A stretch of 64,000 nt of DNA from Candidatus Obscuribacterales bacterium (lineage in GTDB: Bacteria > Cyanobacteriota > Vampirovibrionia > Obscuribacterales > Obscuribacteraceae): assembly GCA_965228855.1 (NCBI GenBank), contig CBDDIJ010000002.1, positions 1,920,001-1,984,000 of the forward strand, read 5' to 3'. Positions 8,973-19,539 of this stretch are shown here, piece by piece; positions within the stretch are counted from its first letter, which is position 1, and every line of letters starts with the position of its first letter. The notes under the pieces are model-generated. The model was not told the DNA's origin, ran no database searches, and worked only from the letters and a program-made list of their open reading frames with translations. The position numbers and the translations under genes are program-made.

Positions 8973-9895
8973 CTCATTGCGAGAATAGAAAGAAGCAATT
9001 CTTCAAATGCATTCTTATCCAGCTGGGATGCGACCTGAACCTTACGCCCGCCGAAGAGAGTTGTGAAAGTTCTGCCCTGGCTTTTGCCGCTGACGTTGGT
9101 ATCCAGCCGCATATCTTTGAATTTAAACAGGCTCGGCTCGATTGCTGCAGCCGCGGTTATGGTATCCCAGAAGTAGTATTCAAAGCCCTTAACCAGCGAC
9201 CAGAGTTTCGTCGCAAGTTTTGATGCTTTCGACTTTTCAGCTTGAATCTCAAGCTTTTGCAAAAATTCTTTTGTGACCGGCAGCTGATTAGTCAAATCTA
9301 GCGTTATAAGTTTAATTGGAATTTTGGTGTCGAGAATGGCTTTGAAAGCGCCCGGATCCGCGTAGAGATTCCATTCGGCGCTGCCATCGTGCCCCTCTTC
9401 CTCAACGTTGCCTGGTACGCTGATGGCACCGCCCATGATGACCATCTCTTTGACCTTCTGGGTTAGATCCGGTTGTTCAGCAAACACTTTGGCGACGTTT
9501 GTGAGTGGACCCGTCGTGACAATAGTCATAGGGACCTTGGTGTTAGCCAGGCAGTCCGCGAATACTGATTCGCAACGCCGCGCGCGCCCCGCCTGGTAAG
9601 GTTCCTTCAAATAATTTTCGCCGAACAAAGGCAACTCGTTGATGATGTGGCTTTCCCTTCTCCAGTTGTCAGGGAATGGATTCGGCATTTCGTCTGGAGT
9701 CATGGCTATCTCGGCGCCTTCAAGATCGAGATAGGTTCCAATCTTCAGCATGACCTCCAGTCCCTGCTCGGCGAAGCAGTCGCCGTTTGTCACGCCGATA
9801 GCCTGCAGTTCGATTTCCGGCGCGAGCCAGAGCAGAATTGTGCTTATCAGATCATCTACGTGACCGTCGTGGTCGTGAAGGACAGGCTGACCCAT
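8969..9895 (-). CDS. Nucleoside hydrolase (IU-NH superfamily, purine-preferring IAG type)
   Basis: DHDGHVDD Ca-binding motif, TGPLTN, MGGA, AEWN, YYFWD. Its stop overlaps the kinase start (ATGA). Confidence 0.9.
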   Translation of the reverse strand: MGQPVLHDHDGHVDDLISTILLWLAPEIELQAIGVTNGDCFAEQGLEVMLKIGTYLDLEGAEIAMTPDEMPNPFPDNWRRESHIINELPLFGENYLKEPYQAGRARRCESVFADCLANTKVPMTIVTTGPLTNVAKVFAEQPDLTQKVKEMVIMGGAISVPGNVEEEGHDGSAEWNLYADPGAFKAILDTKIPIKLITLDLTNQLPVTKEFLQKLEIQAEKSKASKLATKLWSLVKGFEYYFWDTITAAAAIEPSLFKFKDMRLDTNVSGKSQGRTFTTLFGGRKVQVASQLDKNAFEELLLSILAMR

Positions 9896-9996
9896 CGAGG
9901 CTGACGCTCTCTAGTATGTTGACATCCGGGAAACCAGAAATCAGTTTACTGCGAGCGGGTCCCTCCTTGCATTAGCACATGAGAAATCGTTGAGGT

Positions 9997-11817
9997 TTAT
10001 AACAGGGGAAAGCCGTCTTCGTGTTTCTTCTTGGCTGTATTCACGATTTTTATGCCTGGACGCGCTTGCTTAAGCGCTTGAATAGCCTGGTTCGTGATTT
10101 TCGGACAGCCGTCGATTTTGAGGTCGAGAAGGCGAGGCATACGCGCCATGCGCTTCATAGTTAGATCCGTGATCTCTTGATTTCGCGAAATCGTCAGCGT
10201 GTCAACGTTTAGCGCGAGTATTGGCTTGATTGATTCGTCATTGAGCTCGTTGAATGATACATTCAGGTCTCGAAGTTCAGGCAGATTTTTCAACTTCTTA
10301 TATCCGTCTATTCCAACCGGAGTATAGGACAAGTCCAGTCGTTGAAGATGGGGCGCGATTTTTTGCAGAGAGTCGATTGATTCATGTGTAAGCTTTCTGC
10401 ATCCTGCCAGCCCTAGATATGTGAGAGTCGGGAGTTCGGAAATTTGCGCGATGCCTTCGTCCGTAATCCAGGAATAGCTTATGTTGAGGTGTTTGAGTTT
10501 CTTCAAATCACCGATGAAATGAAGGTGCTCGTCCTTGATCTTAGATTCCGGCATATCAAGTTTTTCGACTGGCTCTTCCTTCAAATATTGGAGACCCCAA
10601 CCTTCCAATCGCATGGCGTACAGCTGAACAGACTTCACTCGTTTGCCGCGCAGATCTTTGAAGTACTCGTCTCCCATTCTGCAGTCGATGTTGGTCCATG
10701 TATCCATGTCGTTCTTCCGAAACGGCATAAACTTCCAGTCCTTTTCTTCGACGCCTGTGTAAGTGTAGGATAGCGGTCTCACACTAACTACGGCCTTCTC
10801 CTCGTTTCTAATTGCATTAAGTGAGAACATGCTCGTCGCTGCGATTAAAACTGTTGAGGCTGCCAGGGCGATTCGATGCTGGCGGATAAAGGAGGATGCC
10901 TGGAATTTATTTTTCGTGTATTCCTTACCGTTGTCCGGAAATAGTAATTGTGTTTCTTCCGGCAACAGTGCAAGTAATTCGGACTTGAGTTGATAAAACG
11001 ACTGGTAGCGATCGTTTTTATCCTTCGACATGGCCGTTGAAATAATCTGATCGAGGTCCTCTGAATAGTCGCCTGTATAGCCGCGTTCCGCAAGCTTTGG
11101 CACAGGGCTGTTGACGTGGAGGTCGAATAGCTCGATTTGGTTTTGTCCTTTAAATGGCGGCGTCTTCGTCAACGTTTCAAACATCAAGCACCCGAAGGAG
11201 TAGATGTCCGTGCGATGATCGATTGGTTTTGCTTGAAATTGTTCAGGACTCGAATAGGTTGGTGTTCCGATGACTACACCGGTGCGTGTTAGCTTCTGAT
11301 CGCTGGAAACTACCTTGGCTAGTCCGAAATCGACGATGCGAACGTTGCTGTTATCGTTGGATGCATCTACCAACATCACGTTGCTCGGTTTCAGATCCCT
11401 GTGCATAACGCCCTGACCATGAGCATGCGCAAGTGCATCGCAGATCTGGACAAATACTTTTATTGCCTTTTCCAGAGGCATCGGACCGCTTTCTTTCAGT
11501 GCTTGCGAGAGCGTACCCCCCTCCACCAGATCCATTACAAGAAATAAGAGGCCGTTTTCGCCTCTTCCGAAATCGAGCACTGTGACTATGTTTGGATGAT
11601 GGAGTTTGCTCGCCAGTCTCGCCTCTTGTTGGAAGCGTACGGCAAGCTCTTCAATTGCATGATGGCCCGCGACAACCTTAACTGCTACAGGGCGCGCTAG
11701 CACCGAATCATAGGCGCTGAAAACGCAGGCCATGCCGCCCGCTCCAATACTGCGAATGTTGGCGTATCGGAGCCCTAATGCCGCTTGAATTTGTGAGACG
11801 TCAAATGTACTCGGCAT
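9997..11817 (-). CDS. Ser/Thr protein kinase with TM helix and C-terminal LRRs
   Basis: GAGGMACV, AVK, HRDLKPSN, DFG, GTPTYSSPEQ; hydrophobic IALAASTVLIAATSMFSL; LRRs. Confidence 0.92.
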   Translation of the reverse strand: MPSTFDVSQIQAALGLRYANIRSIGAGGMACVFSAYDSVLARPVAVKVVAGHHAIEELAVRFQQEARLASKLHHPNIVTVLDFGRGENGLLFLVMDLVEGGTLSQALKESGPMPLEKAIKVFVQICDALAHAHGQGVMHRDLKPSNVMLVDASNDNSNVRIVDFGLAKVVSSDQKLTRTGVVIGTPTYSSPEQFQAKPIDHRTDIYSFGCLMFETLTKTPPFKGQNQIELFDLHVNSPVPKLAERGYTGDYSEDLDQIISTAMSKDKNDRYQSFYQLKSELLALLPEETQLLFPDNGKEYTKNKFQASSFIRQHRIALAASTVLIAATSMFSLNAIRNEEKAVVSVRPLSYTYTGVEEKDWKFMPFRKNDMDTWTNIDCRMGDEYFKDLRGKRVKSVQLYAMRLEGWGLQYLKEEPVEKLDMPESKIKDEHLHFIGDLKKLKHLNISYSWITDEGIAQISELPTLTYLGLAGCRKLTHESIDSLQKIAPHLQRLDLSYTPVGIDGYKKLKNLPELRDLNVSFNELNDESIKPILALNVDTLTISRNQEITDLTMKRMARMPRLLDLKIDGCPKITNQAIQALKQARPGIKIVNTAKKKHEDGFPLL

Positions 11818-11878
11818 TGTTCACCGAACCGTGGATGGTCTATTTATTCCACAATTCAGGTTAAGTGAAAACGGGCGC

Positions 11879-12187
11879 TTAGATTATGCCGAGCTGCATT
11901 TGAACTTCTTCGCTCGACATTGTTCTTGGATCCCATCTTGGACTCCATACAAGTTCGATCTTCGCTTCGTTGACCCAGGGGAGTTTTTTCACAGCTTGAT
12001 GCGCTTGACCCTGGATGACGGCTCCAAGTGGGCATGCCGGGCTGGTCAAGGTCATTTTGACGGTGACGTTGGAATCCTCGACCTTGATGTCGTAAATCAA
12101 GCCGAGGTCGACGATACTCATGTTGAGTTCCGGATCGACAACCGTTCTTAAATTCTCTCGGACTACATCTTCTTGAAGCGTCGACAT
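11879..12187 (-). CDS. sufT: Fe-S cluster assembly factor, DUF59/SufT
   Basis: VVDPELNMSIVDLGLIY, TLTSPACP, VWSPRW motifs; last gene of the suf operon. Confidence 0.9.
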   Translation of the reverse strand: MSTLQEDVVRENLRTVVDPELNMSIVDLGLIYDIKVEDSNVTVKMTLTSPACPLGAVIQGQAHQAVKKLPWVNEAKIELVWSPRWDPRTMSSEEVQMQLGII

Positions 12188-12243
12188 CTTTCCTCTCCTG
12201 AAACGAATTGCGTCTTTCTCGTTTTTCTATTGCCGAGGAAACT

Positions 12244-12696
12244 CTAGCGTTTTCCTTCGACGGTTTCGATTCCTTCAATCAGCGTGTTCCACGGAAGCAA
12301 CGCGCACTTGATTCGAACCGGGTATTTTTTTACGCCCTGGAGCGCTTCCAGATCCTCGAGGTCTTCCGGAAGATCAAGCTCTTCAGTATCGTTTCCTTTC
12401 GCAAGCATCATCTCTTTAAATGTGCCGATGATTTTGTTCGCTTCATCGATACTTTTTCCAAGAACAGCTTCTGTCATCATGGAACCAGATGCGGTGTTAA
12501 TCGAGCAACCTTTCGCTTCCAATTTCACATCTTTGATTTTTCCATCTTCCACGCTCAGGTAGAGTGTGAGCTCATCACCGCAAAGCGGGTTGACACCCTC
12601 GATTTTCGCATCCGGTGACTCGATCGTTCCGTGATTACGAGGGTTGTGATAATGGTCGAGAATTGTTTCCCGATAAAGCTCATCTGCTAATGACAT
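12244..12696 (-). CDS. sufU: SUF system NifU-family sulfur-transfer/scaffold protein
   Basis: LYRETILDHY, NPLCGD, GCSIN, RIKCALLPW. Confidence 0.95.
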   Translation of the reverse strand: MSLADELYRETILDHYHNPRNHGTIESPDAKIEGVNPLCGDELTLYLSVEDGKIKDVKLEAKGCSINTASGSMMTEAVLGKSIDEANKIIGTFKEMMLAKGNDTEELDLPEDLEDLEALQGVKKYPVRIKCALLPWNTLIEGIETVEGKR

Positions 12697-13966
12697 GACC
12701 GAAAATTCTTTTTGCCTCCACTAACGCGTTGATAAATGCATCAACGTCATCCTTTGTGTTGTATATGTAGAAACTGGCTCTGGCTGTGCCGCTCACGCCC
12801 AGGTCGTTCATCAGCGGTTGGCAGCAGTGGTGACCTGCTCTGATCGCGACAGCCGACTCGTTAAGCAACTGACCTAAATCATGAGGGTGAATGTCGTTGA
12901 ACGTGAAGGAAAGAACGCCACCCTTGAGCGACGCGTCTGTTGGTCCATAAACCTTTACGCCATCGAGTTCGTGGATGCGTTTCATCGCATAGGACGTCAG
13001 TTCGATTTCGTGCTGGCGAACGTTATCCATTCCGATCGCATTCAAGTAATCAATTGCGGCACCAGCTGCGATGACATCAGCGATATTGGGAGTTCCCGCT
13101 TCGAACTTCCAGGGAAGCTCGTTGAACTTGGTTCTGTCGCGATGCACGGATGCAATCATGTCACCGCCGAACATCCAGGGAGGCATTTTTTGAAGCAACT
13201 CTTCTTTGCCGTACAGAACACCGACGCCTGTTGGACCGAGCATTTTGTGAAAAGAGAAAGCGAGAAAATCCACATCGAGATCTTTCACGGAGGTGGCGAG
13301 GTGAGGCACGCCTTGAGCGCCATCGAGGAGAACGACGGCGCCGTTTTTGTGAGCGAGTTGAACGATCTCTTTGACTGGCGTTATTGAACCCAGTACGTTC
13401 GACATTTGCGAGATCGCGACAATCTTAGTCTTCGGTCCAATCACTTCCGCCGCATGCTTCAAGTCAATGCGTCCGTCTTCGGTAAGCTCGATAAAGCGCA
13501 GCGTCGCGCCCTTCTCCAGGGCTAGTTGTTGCCAGGGAACGAAATTCGAATGGTGTTCGAGCGCTGAAATAACGATCTCATCACCGGCATTAACGTTAGT
13601 TCTGCCCCAGCTGTTTACGACCAGGTTAATCGCTTCGGTCGCGCCACGAGTGAAAATAATCTGGCGTTCAGATCCCGCTTCAATGAAGTCGCGAATCTTC
13701 TCTCTGGTTTCTTCGTAAGCGCAGGTAGCCTCTTCGCTCAGCGTATGCAACCCGCGGTGAATGTTTGCATTGTAGTATTCGTAGTAATGAGTCAGTGCTT
13801 TGATGACTTGCACCGGCTTTTGAGATGTCGCTGCGTTATCGAGGTAGACGAGTCTTTTACCGTTCAACTCGCGGTTCAAAATTGGAAAATCGCTGATTAT
13901 CTTTGCTTGATCGAACATGCTTCCCGATTTTTCTGCTACTAACTCACTTTTTACAGATGGTGTCAT
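12680..13966 (-). CDS. sufS: Cysteine desulfurase
   Basis: YLDNAATSQKP, EHHSN, SFHKMLGPTG, RAGHHC. Confidence 0.95.
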   Translation of the reverse strand: MTPSVKSELVAEKSGSMFDQAKIISDFPILNRELNGKRLVYLDNAATSQKPVQVIKALTHYYEYYNANIHRGLHTLSEEATCAYEETREKIRDFIEAGSERQIIFTRGATEAINLVVNSWGRTNVNAGDEIVISALEHHSNFVPWQQLALEKGATLRFIELTEDGRIDLKHAAEVIGPKTKIVAISQMSNVLGSITPVKEIVQLAHKNGAVVLLDGAQGVPHLATSVKDLDVDFLAFSFHKMLGPTGVGVLYGKEELLQKMPPWMFGGDMIASVHRDRTKFNELPWKFEAGTPNIADVIAAGAAIDYLNAIGMDNVRQHEIELTSYAMKRIHELDGVKVYGPTDASLKGGVLSFTFNDIHPHDLGQLLNESAVAIRAGHHCCQPLMNDLGVSGTARASFYIYNTKDDVDAFINALVEAKRIFGHVISR

Positions 13967-14042
13967 ATGTGGTTACCCGATTTTCTTAAGTCCTTCTGAT
14001 TGCCGCGTGAGGATTTTGAATTAAACTTCTCTGTTCGTTTCC

Positions 14043-14357
14043 CTATTCATCTGCTCCGACGAATACATCCTGGTCTCGCGTTTCAACCTTGAATGTCTCA
14101 ATCGGTTTAACAGCTGGAAGGCATAGCGCTTTGCCGTTGGTCACATCGAATCTCGCGCCGTGAAGAGGGCAGGTGACTTCTTTGCCGTCCAATTCGCCAT
14201 CGCTCAGCAATGCATAATCGTGTGAACACACATCTGATACCGCATATAGTGAGCCTTCAACGTTGCAAATCAGGACTTGCTCCCCGTCGATTTCAACGGC
14301 TTTCATTTGACCCGCTGGAATTTCGCTGAGGCTGGCAACTTTTTGAAGGTCGCTCAT
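14043..14357 (-). CDS. Rieske-type [2Fe-2S] ferredoxin
   Basis: CSH...CPLHGARFD Rieske motifs; inside the suf operon. Confidence 0.92.
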   Translation of the reverse strand: MSDLQKVASLSEIPAGQMKAVEIDGEQVLICNVEGSLYAVSDVCSHDYALLSDGELDGKEVTCPLHGARFDVTNGKALCLPAVKPIETFKVETRDQDVFVGADE

Positions 14358-15754
14358 GAGAGGGTACCTGACAATTCCTTCTGCGTTTCTACGGCGTGAA
14401 TTTTGTCACCGATCAAATCTTCGATCCACTGCGCCGCGCCTTCAATCTTCAAAGAGGACAACAGCGATGCGAAGAATCCGGTAACGATGAATTCCTCGGC
14501 TTCCTTCTCGGACAAGCCTCGCGTCATGAGGTAGAACAGCTGATTTTTATCGACTGGACCAACGGTCGCGCCATGCGAACATTTGACGTCATCTGTGAGA
14601 ATCTCGAGACGCGGAATCGATTCCGCCTTAGCGGTTTCGCTCAGCAAAAGGTTTTTATTCGATTGGAACGCATCCGTTCTCGACGCTGTGAGAGCGACTT
14701 TGATATTGCCTTGATAACTGGAAACAGAATTGCCTTTCAATGCGACTCGGAAGTTGATATCGGATTTGGTATCAGGAGAGTCGTGGTTTTGAACGGTGTT
14801 GAAATAGAAGTGTTCGTCCTTGTCGCCGAGAACGATTCCGCGAACGTCGCTTGTGGCGCCGCGGTCTCTGAGTTCTGTAACGATGTCAGATTTGAGTTGA
14901 CCGCCGCCGAGTGCTGCGGTGAAGGAATAGATGAACGCATCCTTCGCGACCAGGTTGTTGTTTCTCGAAACTGAGAATACTTGCCTGCCCAGGTTATACA
15001 GTTCCAAATAATGTATCGAGGCCGACTGTTTCGCGGCGACATCTACGATTGCGCTGGTGAAGACCCACTCGCGTTTTGCGCGCGCTTTCGGTTTTGCCTC
15101 AGGGCTCGGATCTGCTGAAGGACCACCTTCGAATACGTTTACGACCTTGACCGAAGCGTTTTCGTCAGCGACGACGATAACGCGCGGGAAAATAGCCTGA
15201 CCGACTTGAGCGTCTTCGGCGATCGAATTGACGATTACGAAAGGTGCTTCTACGTTTACGTTTTTCGGTACGAAGAGAAACGCGCCACTAGTGAAGAATG
15301 CCGAGTTCATCAAAGAAAGTTTGCCGATTTCACGGTGTGTCCCGTTTTCCAAATATTCTTTGATCAAATCACCATGCTTGGCGACCGCGTCTTCGAACGT
15401 TGTGAAAATCACACCTTTCTTCGCTAGCTCATCATCGATATGCAGTTCAGAACGTACACCGTTGACGATTGAAACCAAGCCGGAAACATTGGTGAGGATT
15501 TTGTCGTAGTCCGCTTTAACATTTTGTCTGGCTTTCGAAGAGTCGCCGCAAAACTGGCTGATTGCCGTCATGTCGACGGTTTCGACCAAGGTTTTGCGCC
15601 AATCGTCTAAACGAATGTTTGGTTGATCTGCTTCGAAATAAGCTTCAAAGGCAGACAATCGCAATTTTTCAAGCCAATCCGGTTCGCCCCGTTTTTTCGT
15701 TAGGCTGTCTACATCTGCACGCGTTATCGTGCTTAAAGCTCTGGACTCTGACAT
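14354..15754 (-). CDS. sufD: Fe-S cluster assembly protein SufD
   Basis: NLLLS...PRLEILTDDVKCSHGATVG, LFYLMTRG. Start moved to ATG 15754 (GGAAAGAAGG upstream). Confidence 0.93.
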   Translation of the reverse strand: MSESRALSTITRADVDSLTKKRGEPDWLEKLRLSAFEAYFEADQPNIRLDDWRKTLVETVDMTAISQFCGDSSKARQNVKADYDKILTNVSGLVSIVNGVRSELHIDDELAKKGVIFTTFEDAVAKHGDLIKEYLENGTHREIGKLSLMNSAFFTSGAFLFVPKNVNVEAPFVIVNSIAEDAQVGQAIFPRVIVVADENASVKVVNVFEGGPSADPSPEAKPKARAKREWVFTSAIVDVAAKQSASIHYLELYNLGRQVFSVSRNNNLVAKDAFIYSFTAALGGGQLKSDIVTELRDRGATSDVRGIVLGDKDEHFYFNTVQNHDSPDTKSDINFRVALKGNSVSSYQGNIKVALTASRTDAFQSNKNLLLSETAKAESIPRLEILTDDVKCSHGATVGPVDKNQLFYLMTRGLSEKEAEEFIVTGFFASLLSSLKIEGAAQWIEDLIGDKIHAVETQKELSGTLS

Positions 15755-15794
15755 TTTTCCTTCTTTCCGTTTCCCATACCTCGTCGGGCTGGAG

Positions 15795-17225
15795 CTAGCC
15801 GACCGAGCCTTCCATCTCAAGCTGAATCAAGCGGTTTAGCTCGACAGCATACTCAAGCGGAAGTTCTTTCGTGAATGGCTCGAAGAAGCCGTTCACCACC
15901 ATCGCCTTGGCCTCGTCCGCGGTTAAACCACGGCTCATCAAATAGAAGAGTTGCTCTTCACCGACTTTGGAAACAGTTGCTTCGTGCTCGACAGAAACAT
16001 CTTTCTCGTCGATTTCCATGGTCGGGTATGTATCTGAACGTGATTGTTCATCGAGAAGCAAAGCATCGCATTTGACTGACGTCTTTACGCCGGTTGCTCC
16101 CGGGTAAACTTTGACCAGACCGCGATACGAGGTGCGTCCCCCGTCTTTTGAGATCGATTTCGATGTGACGATCGACGTCGTGTTTGGCGCAGCGTGGACA
16201 ATTTTTGCGCCGGCATCCTGGTGTTGATCGTGTCCCGAGAATGCGACAGAGAGAACTTCTCCCGTTGCGCCTTCTCCGGTGAGGTAGATCGCTGGATACT
16301 TCATTGTGAGTTTGGAACCGAGGTTGCCGTCGACCCACTCAACTTTCGCATTAGCTTCGGCTACGGCACGCTTGGTCACGAGGTTGTAGACATTACGCGA
16401 CCAGTTTTGAATTGTCGTGTAGCGAATATGAGCGCCCGGTTTTGCAATCAGCTCAACCACGGCAGAGTGCAGTGAGTCGGTTGTATAGATAGGTGCGGTG
16501 CAGCCTTCGATGTAGTGAACGAAACTGCCCGGCTCGGCAATGATCAACGTTCTCTCGAACTGACCCATGTTCTCTGCGTTGATACGGAAATAAGCCTGCA
16601 GAGGGATTTCCACCTTCACGCCTTCCGGAACCCAGATGAAACTGCCACCCGACCAGACCGCCGAGTTCAAAGCTGAGAATTTGTTGTCTGCTGCAGGAAT
16701 GACGGTCGCAAAGTGTTTTTTGACGATCTCTTCATGCTCGCGCAATCCGGAATCCATATCAAGGAAGATAACTCCTTGCTTGGTTAAGTCTTCGCGAATC
16801 GAGTGATAGACGACTTCCGACTCGTACTGTGCAGTTACGCCTGCGAGGAATTTTCTCTCGGCTTCAGGAATACCGAGTCTGTCGAATGTGTTTTTAATAC
16901 CTTCCGGAACATCTTCCCAGTTCTTCTCGCTCTTCTCCGAAGGCTTGATGTAATAGTAGATGTTGTCGAAGTCAATGTCTTCGAGCATCTTGGTGTTGCC
17001 CCAGGTTGGCATCGGCTTCTTTCTGAAGATTTCCAGCGCCTTGAGACGAAATTCGAGCATCCATTGCGGCTCGTTCTTCATCTTCGAGATCGCTTCTACG
17101 ATTTCGGTAGTGAGACCTCTGCCCGACTTGAAGATGTAATCTTCTTTGTCTTGAAAGCCGTATTTGTAGTCTTCTCCAATGTCCCGAATACTTGTATTGG
17201 GGTCATATGCTAGTTCGGCAGCCAT
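15795..17225 (-). CDS. sufB: Fe-S cluster assembly protein SufB
   Basis: [31 protein letters not shown]-terminus. Start ATG 17225 after GAGG. Confidence 0.97.
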   Translation of the reverse strand: MAAELAYDPNTSIRDIGEDYKYGFQDKEDYIFKSGRGLTTEIVEAISKMKNEPQWMLEFRLKALEIFRKKPMPTWGNTKMLEDIDFDNIYYYIKPSEKSEKNWEDVPEGIKNTFDRLGIPEAERKFLAGVTAQYESEVVYHSIREDLTKQGVIFLDMDSGLREHEEIVKKHFATVIPAADNKFSALNSAVWSGGSFIWVPEGVKVEIPLQAYFRINAENMGQFERTLIIAEPGSFVHYIEGCTAPIYTTDSLHSAVVELIAKPGAHIRYTTIQNWSRNVYNLVTKRAVAEANAKVEWVDGNLGSKLTMKYPAIYLTGEGATGEVLSVAFSGHDQHQDAGAKIVHAAPNTTSIVTSKSISKDGGRTSYRGLVKVYPGATGVKTSVKCDALLLDEQSRSDTYPTMEIDEKDVSVEHEATVSKVGEEQLFYLMSRGLTADEAKAMVVNGFFEPFTKELPLEYAVELNRLIQLEMEGSVG

Positions 17226-17238
17226 GATAGTTTCCTCG

Positions 17239-17997
17239 TTAGGCAATGGTCAGTTCCTGTGTAACCCAGTCGTATCCTTGTTCTTCAAGTTTGGTCGATA
17301 GTTCGGGACCGCCTGAAGCAACTATTTTTCCGTCCTGGAATACGTGCACGAAATCTGGTTGGACGTAGTTGAGTATGCGCTGATAGTGGGTGATCAGCAA
17401 GATAGCCGTTTCTTTAGTAGCAAGTGCATTGATGCCGCTTGATACCGTTTTCAGTGCGTCGATATCAAGACCGGAATCGGTCTCATCCAGCACCATTACT
17501 GATGGTTTAAGCATGGAAAGTTGCAGAATCTCCAGGCGTTTTTTCTCGCCGCCAGAGAAGCCGTCATTGACGTAACGCGAAAGAAAATCTTTCGGAACTC
17601 CCAATTTCTCCATGTTTTCGGTCAATTCTTTTCTGAATTCTTTAATCGGTACATCGACACCGCCGCGAGTGGCTTTGGTAGTGGCGCGCAAGAAGTTTGA
17701 AACCGATACGCCCGGAATGGCGACAGGGTATTGAAACGCCAGTGCCAGGCCCAATCTGGCTCGTTCGTCGGTCCCGAGCTCGTTGATGTCTTGACCTTTG
17801 AATAGAATGCGTCCCTTCGTTACTTTGTAGTTTGTGTGACCCATGATCACGTAGGAAAGCGTCGACTTGCCAGAACCGTTGCGGCCCATGAGCGCGTGAA
17901 CTTCTCCGGCGTTGAGCGTCAGTTGAACGCCCTTGAGAATCTCCTTACCGTCGACTTCGACGTGCAGGTCTTCGATTTTGAGAAGTGGAGTTGCCAT
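17239..17997 (-). CDS. sufC: Fe-S cluster assembly ATPase SufC
   Basis: [38 protein letters not shown]. Confidence 0.97.
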   Translation of the reverse strand: MATPLLKIEDLHVEVDGKEILKGVQLTLNAGEVHALMGRNGSGKSTLSYVIMGHTNYKVTKGRILFKGQDINELGTDERARLGLALAFQYPVAIPGVSVSNFLRATTKATRGGVDVPIKEFRKELTENMEKLGVPKDFLSRYVNDGFSGGEKKRLEILQLSMLKPSVMVLDETDSGLDIDALKTVSSGINALATKETAILLITHYQRILNYVQPDFVHVFQDGKIVASGGPELSTKLEEQGYDWVTQELTIA

Positions 17998-18399
17998 TGT
18001 CCTTTACACCTTCCTGGAACGAACTCTCGCGAGCCGTTGGCATCGCGGATATATATTGATGATCTCTAGAATCGTACTCTTAATACACTTGGGAACGACC
18101 TTAAAGATCCTAAAGCTTTGATTGTACGGCTTTTACATATAAAATAGTATCAAAAATCTGGAAAGTATTCACCGTATTTAATAATGCCTTCAGGCTGCTG
18201 CCTGTGAGCCGTTCAAAAAATGCGATACTGTTATAAGACAACCTTGGAAGCCCACTCAGGCTGAATCCCGGCCAATCGGACAACAAACTACTTTTCTGAA
18301 GTTTCTTCGAAAAGCCCAGCAGAGCCGGTTTCCTGTGAAGGTCTCGAATTGAGAGTTGATTAAAAGGTTTTGACGACAAAAGGGGCTGTGCTGTAACAA

Positions 18400-19065
18400 A
18401 TGATTACGCATCAACTATCTAAAAAACCTGACAGCACTCAAGATGCAGTCCTTCTTTACTTGAAGAAAGAAGGCGAAATGACTGTGCAGGCGCTCTGCGA
18501 CGTCCTCGGCATCACTGCAATGGCTGTGCGCCGTCATCTTCAGGTTCTGCAGAACGATGGATTGATCGAGTCTCGTATGGAACGTCAATCGCGCGGTCGG
18601 CCTACTTATAAGTACAAACTGAGTTCTAAAGCTGAATCCTTGTTTCCATCAGGTTTCCAAACTCTGGCAATGGACTTGCTCGATGCCGTTTACGATGCAT
18701 CCGGGCATAAGGGCGTAATGGACCTGCTGACGGCGCGAAACCGGAAGCGGATGTCGCGTTTGAAAGAGCGCGTGCAGCAAACAGAACTGCGCGATCGAGT
18801 CGCTGAGGTTTCAAAAATATTTTCTGAAGACGGTTATATGACGGAGTGGACGGAGCTCGATAACGGTGACTTCTTCATTTCGCAGCAGCACTGTGCTTTA
18901 CACGATGTGGCGAAACAATATCGTCAGGTTTGCGCGCTTGAACCACAGTTGATGGAAAGTCTTCTAGGCGTGAAAGTGACGCGCGAGAAATATATTCTTA
19001 AAAACGATCCCGTCTGCGGGTATCTCGTCCACCACGATCAAGAGGCTGAAACTGAGGCTCTCTAG
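18400..19065 (+). CDS. sufR: Fe-S cluster biosynthesis regulator SufR (HTH)
   Basis: N-terminal HTH (LGITAMAVRRHL, RGRP) and three C-terminal Cys (HCAL, VCALE, VCGY); divergent from sufC. Confidence 0.85.
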   Translation: MITHQLSKKPDSTQDAVLLYLKKEGEMTVQALCDVLGITAMAVRRHLQVLQNDGLIESRMERQSRGRPTYKYKLSSKAESLFPSGFQTLAMDLLDAVYDASGHKGVMDLLTARNRKRMSRLKERVQQTELRDRVAEVSKIFSEDGYMTEWTELDNGDFFISQQHCALHDVAKQYRQVCALEPQLMESLLGVKVTREKYILKNDPVCGYLVHHDQEAETEAL

Positions 19066-19115
19066 TTCAGAACAAATCTGTGTCGAAGTTGTGAATTGGC
19101 ACCACTTGTAGTGGC

Positions 19116-19514
19116 TCACGGTTTCTTGAATTCAAAGTCTTTGAAATCTAACTTCGAAGCGGCCTGGGGCAGCGGGCTGAAGTAATCGATGCTGACGGAA
19201 TCGCCTTCCTTCAGACGTTTATAAGTGTTGTCTGAGCAGGATGCGCTGTGCCTGATTGTGTGTCCATTTGCCTCGAATGCATAATCTAGGGTGTAACTCG
19301 AAGCACCATCGTCATCAGTTATGATCCGTTTATTGACGATCGTTCCTTTGCCGGGCACGACGCCAATGTTGAGTGAAAAGATGATTTGATAAGCTGCCGC
19401 GCACAAGACCATGATCAGGATTAGCAGGCCTATAACCGCTGCAATCAATCCTTCGATTTTCTTTGCGCTCGGTTTGTCGTGATTCGGATCTTTGGTCTGC
19501 GACGGCTGCACCAT
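19116..19514 (-). CDS. Small membrane protein, DUF3592-like
   Basis: One TM helix, then GTIV...LDYAFEANG...GDSVSIDY. Confidence 0.6.
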   Translation of the reverse strand: MVQPSQTKDPNHDKPSAKKIEGLIAAVIGLLILIMVLCAAAYQIIFSLNIGVVPGKGTIVNKRIITDDDGASSYTLDYAFEANGHTIRHSASCSDNTYKRLKEGDSVSIDYFSPLPQAASKLDFKDFEFKKP

Positions 19515-19539
19515 ATTCGGTACCTTCTTTGAGCCGAGC

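Noticed and set aside
17998..18399. Cyanobacterial SufR site (CAAC-N6-GTTG) in the sufC-sufR gap
   Set aside because: No convincing match found by eye.
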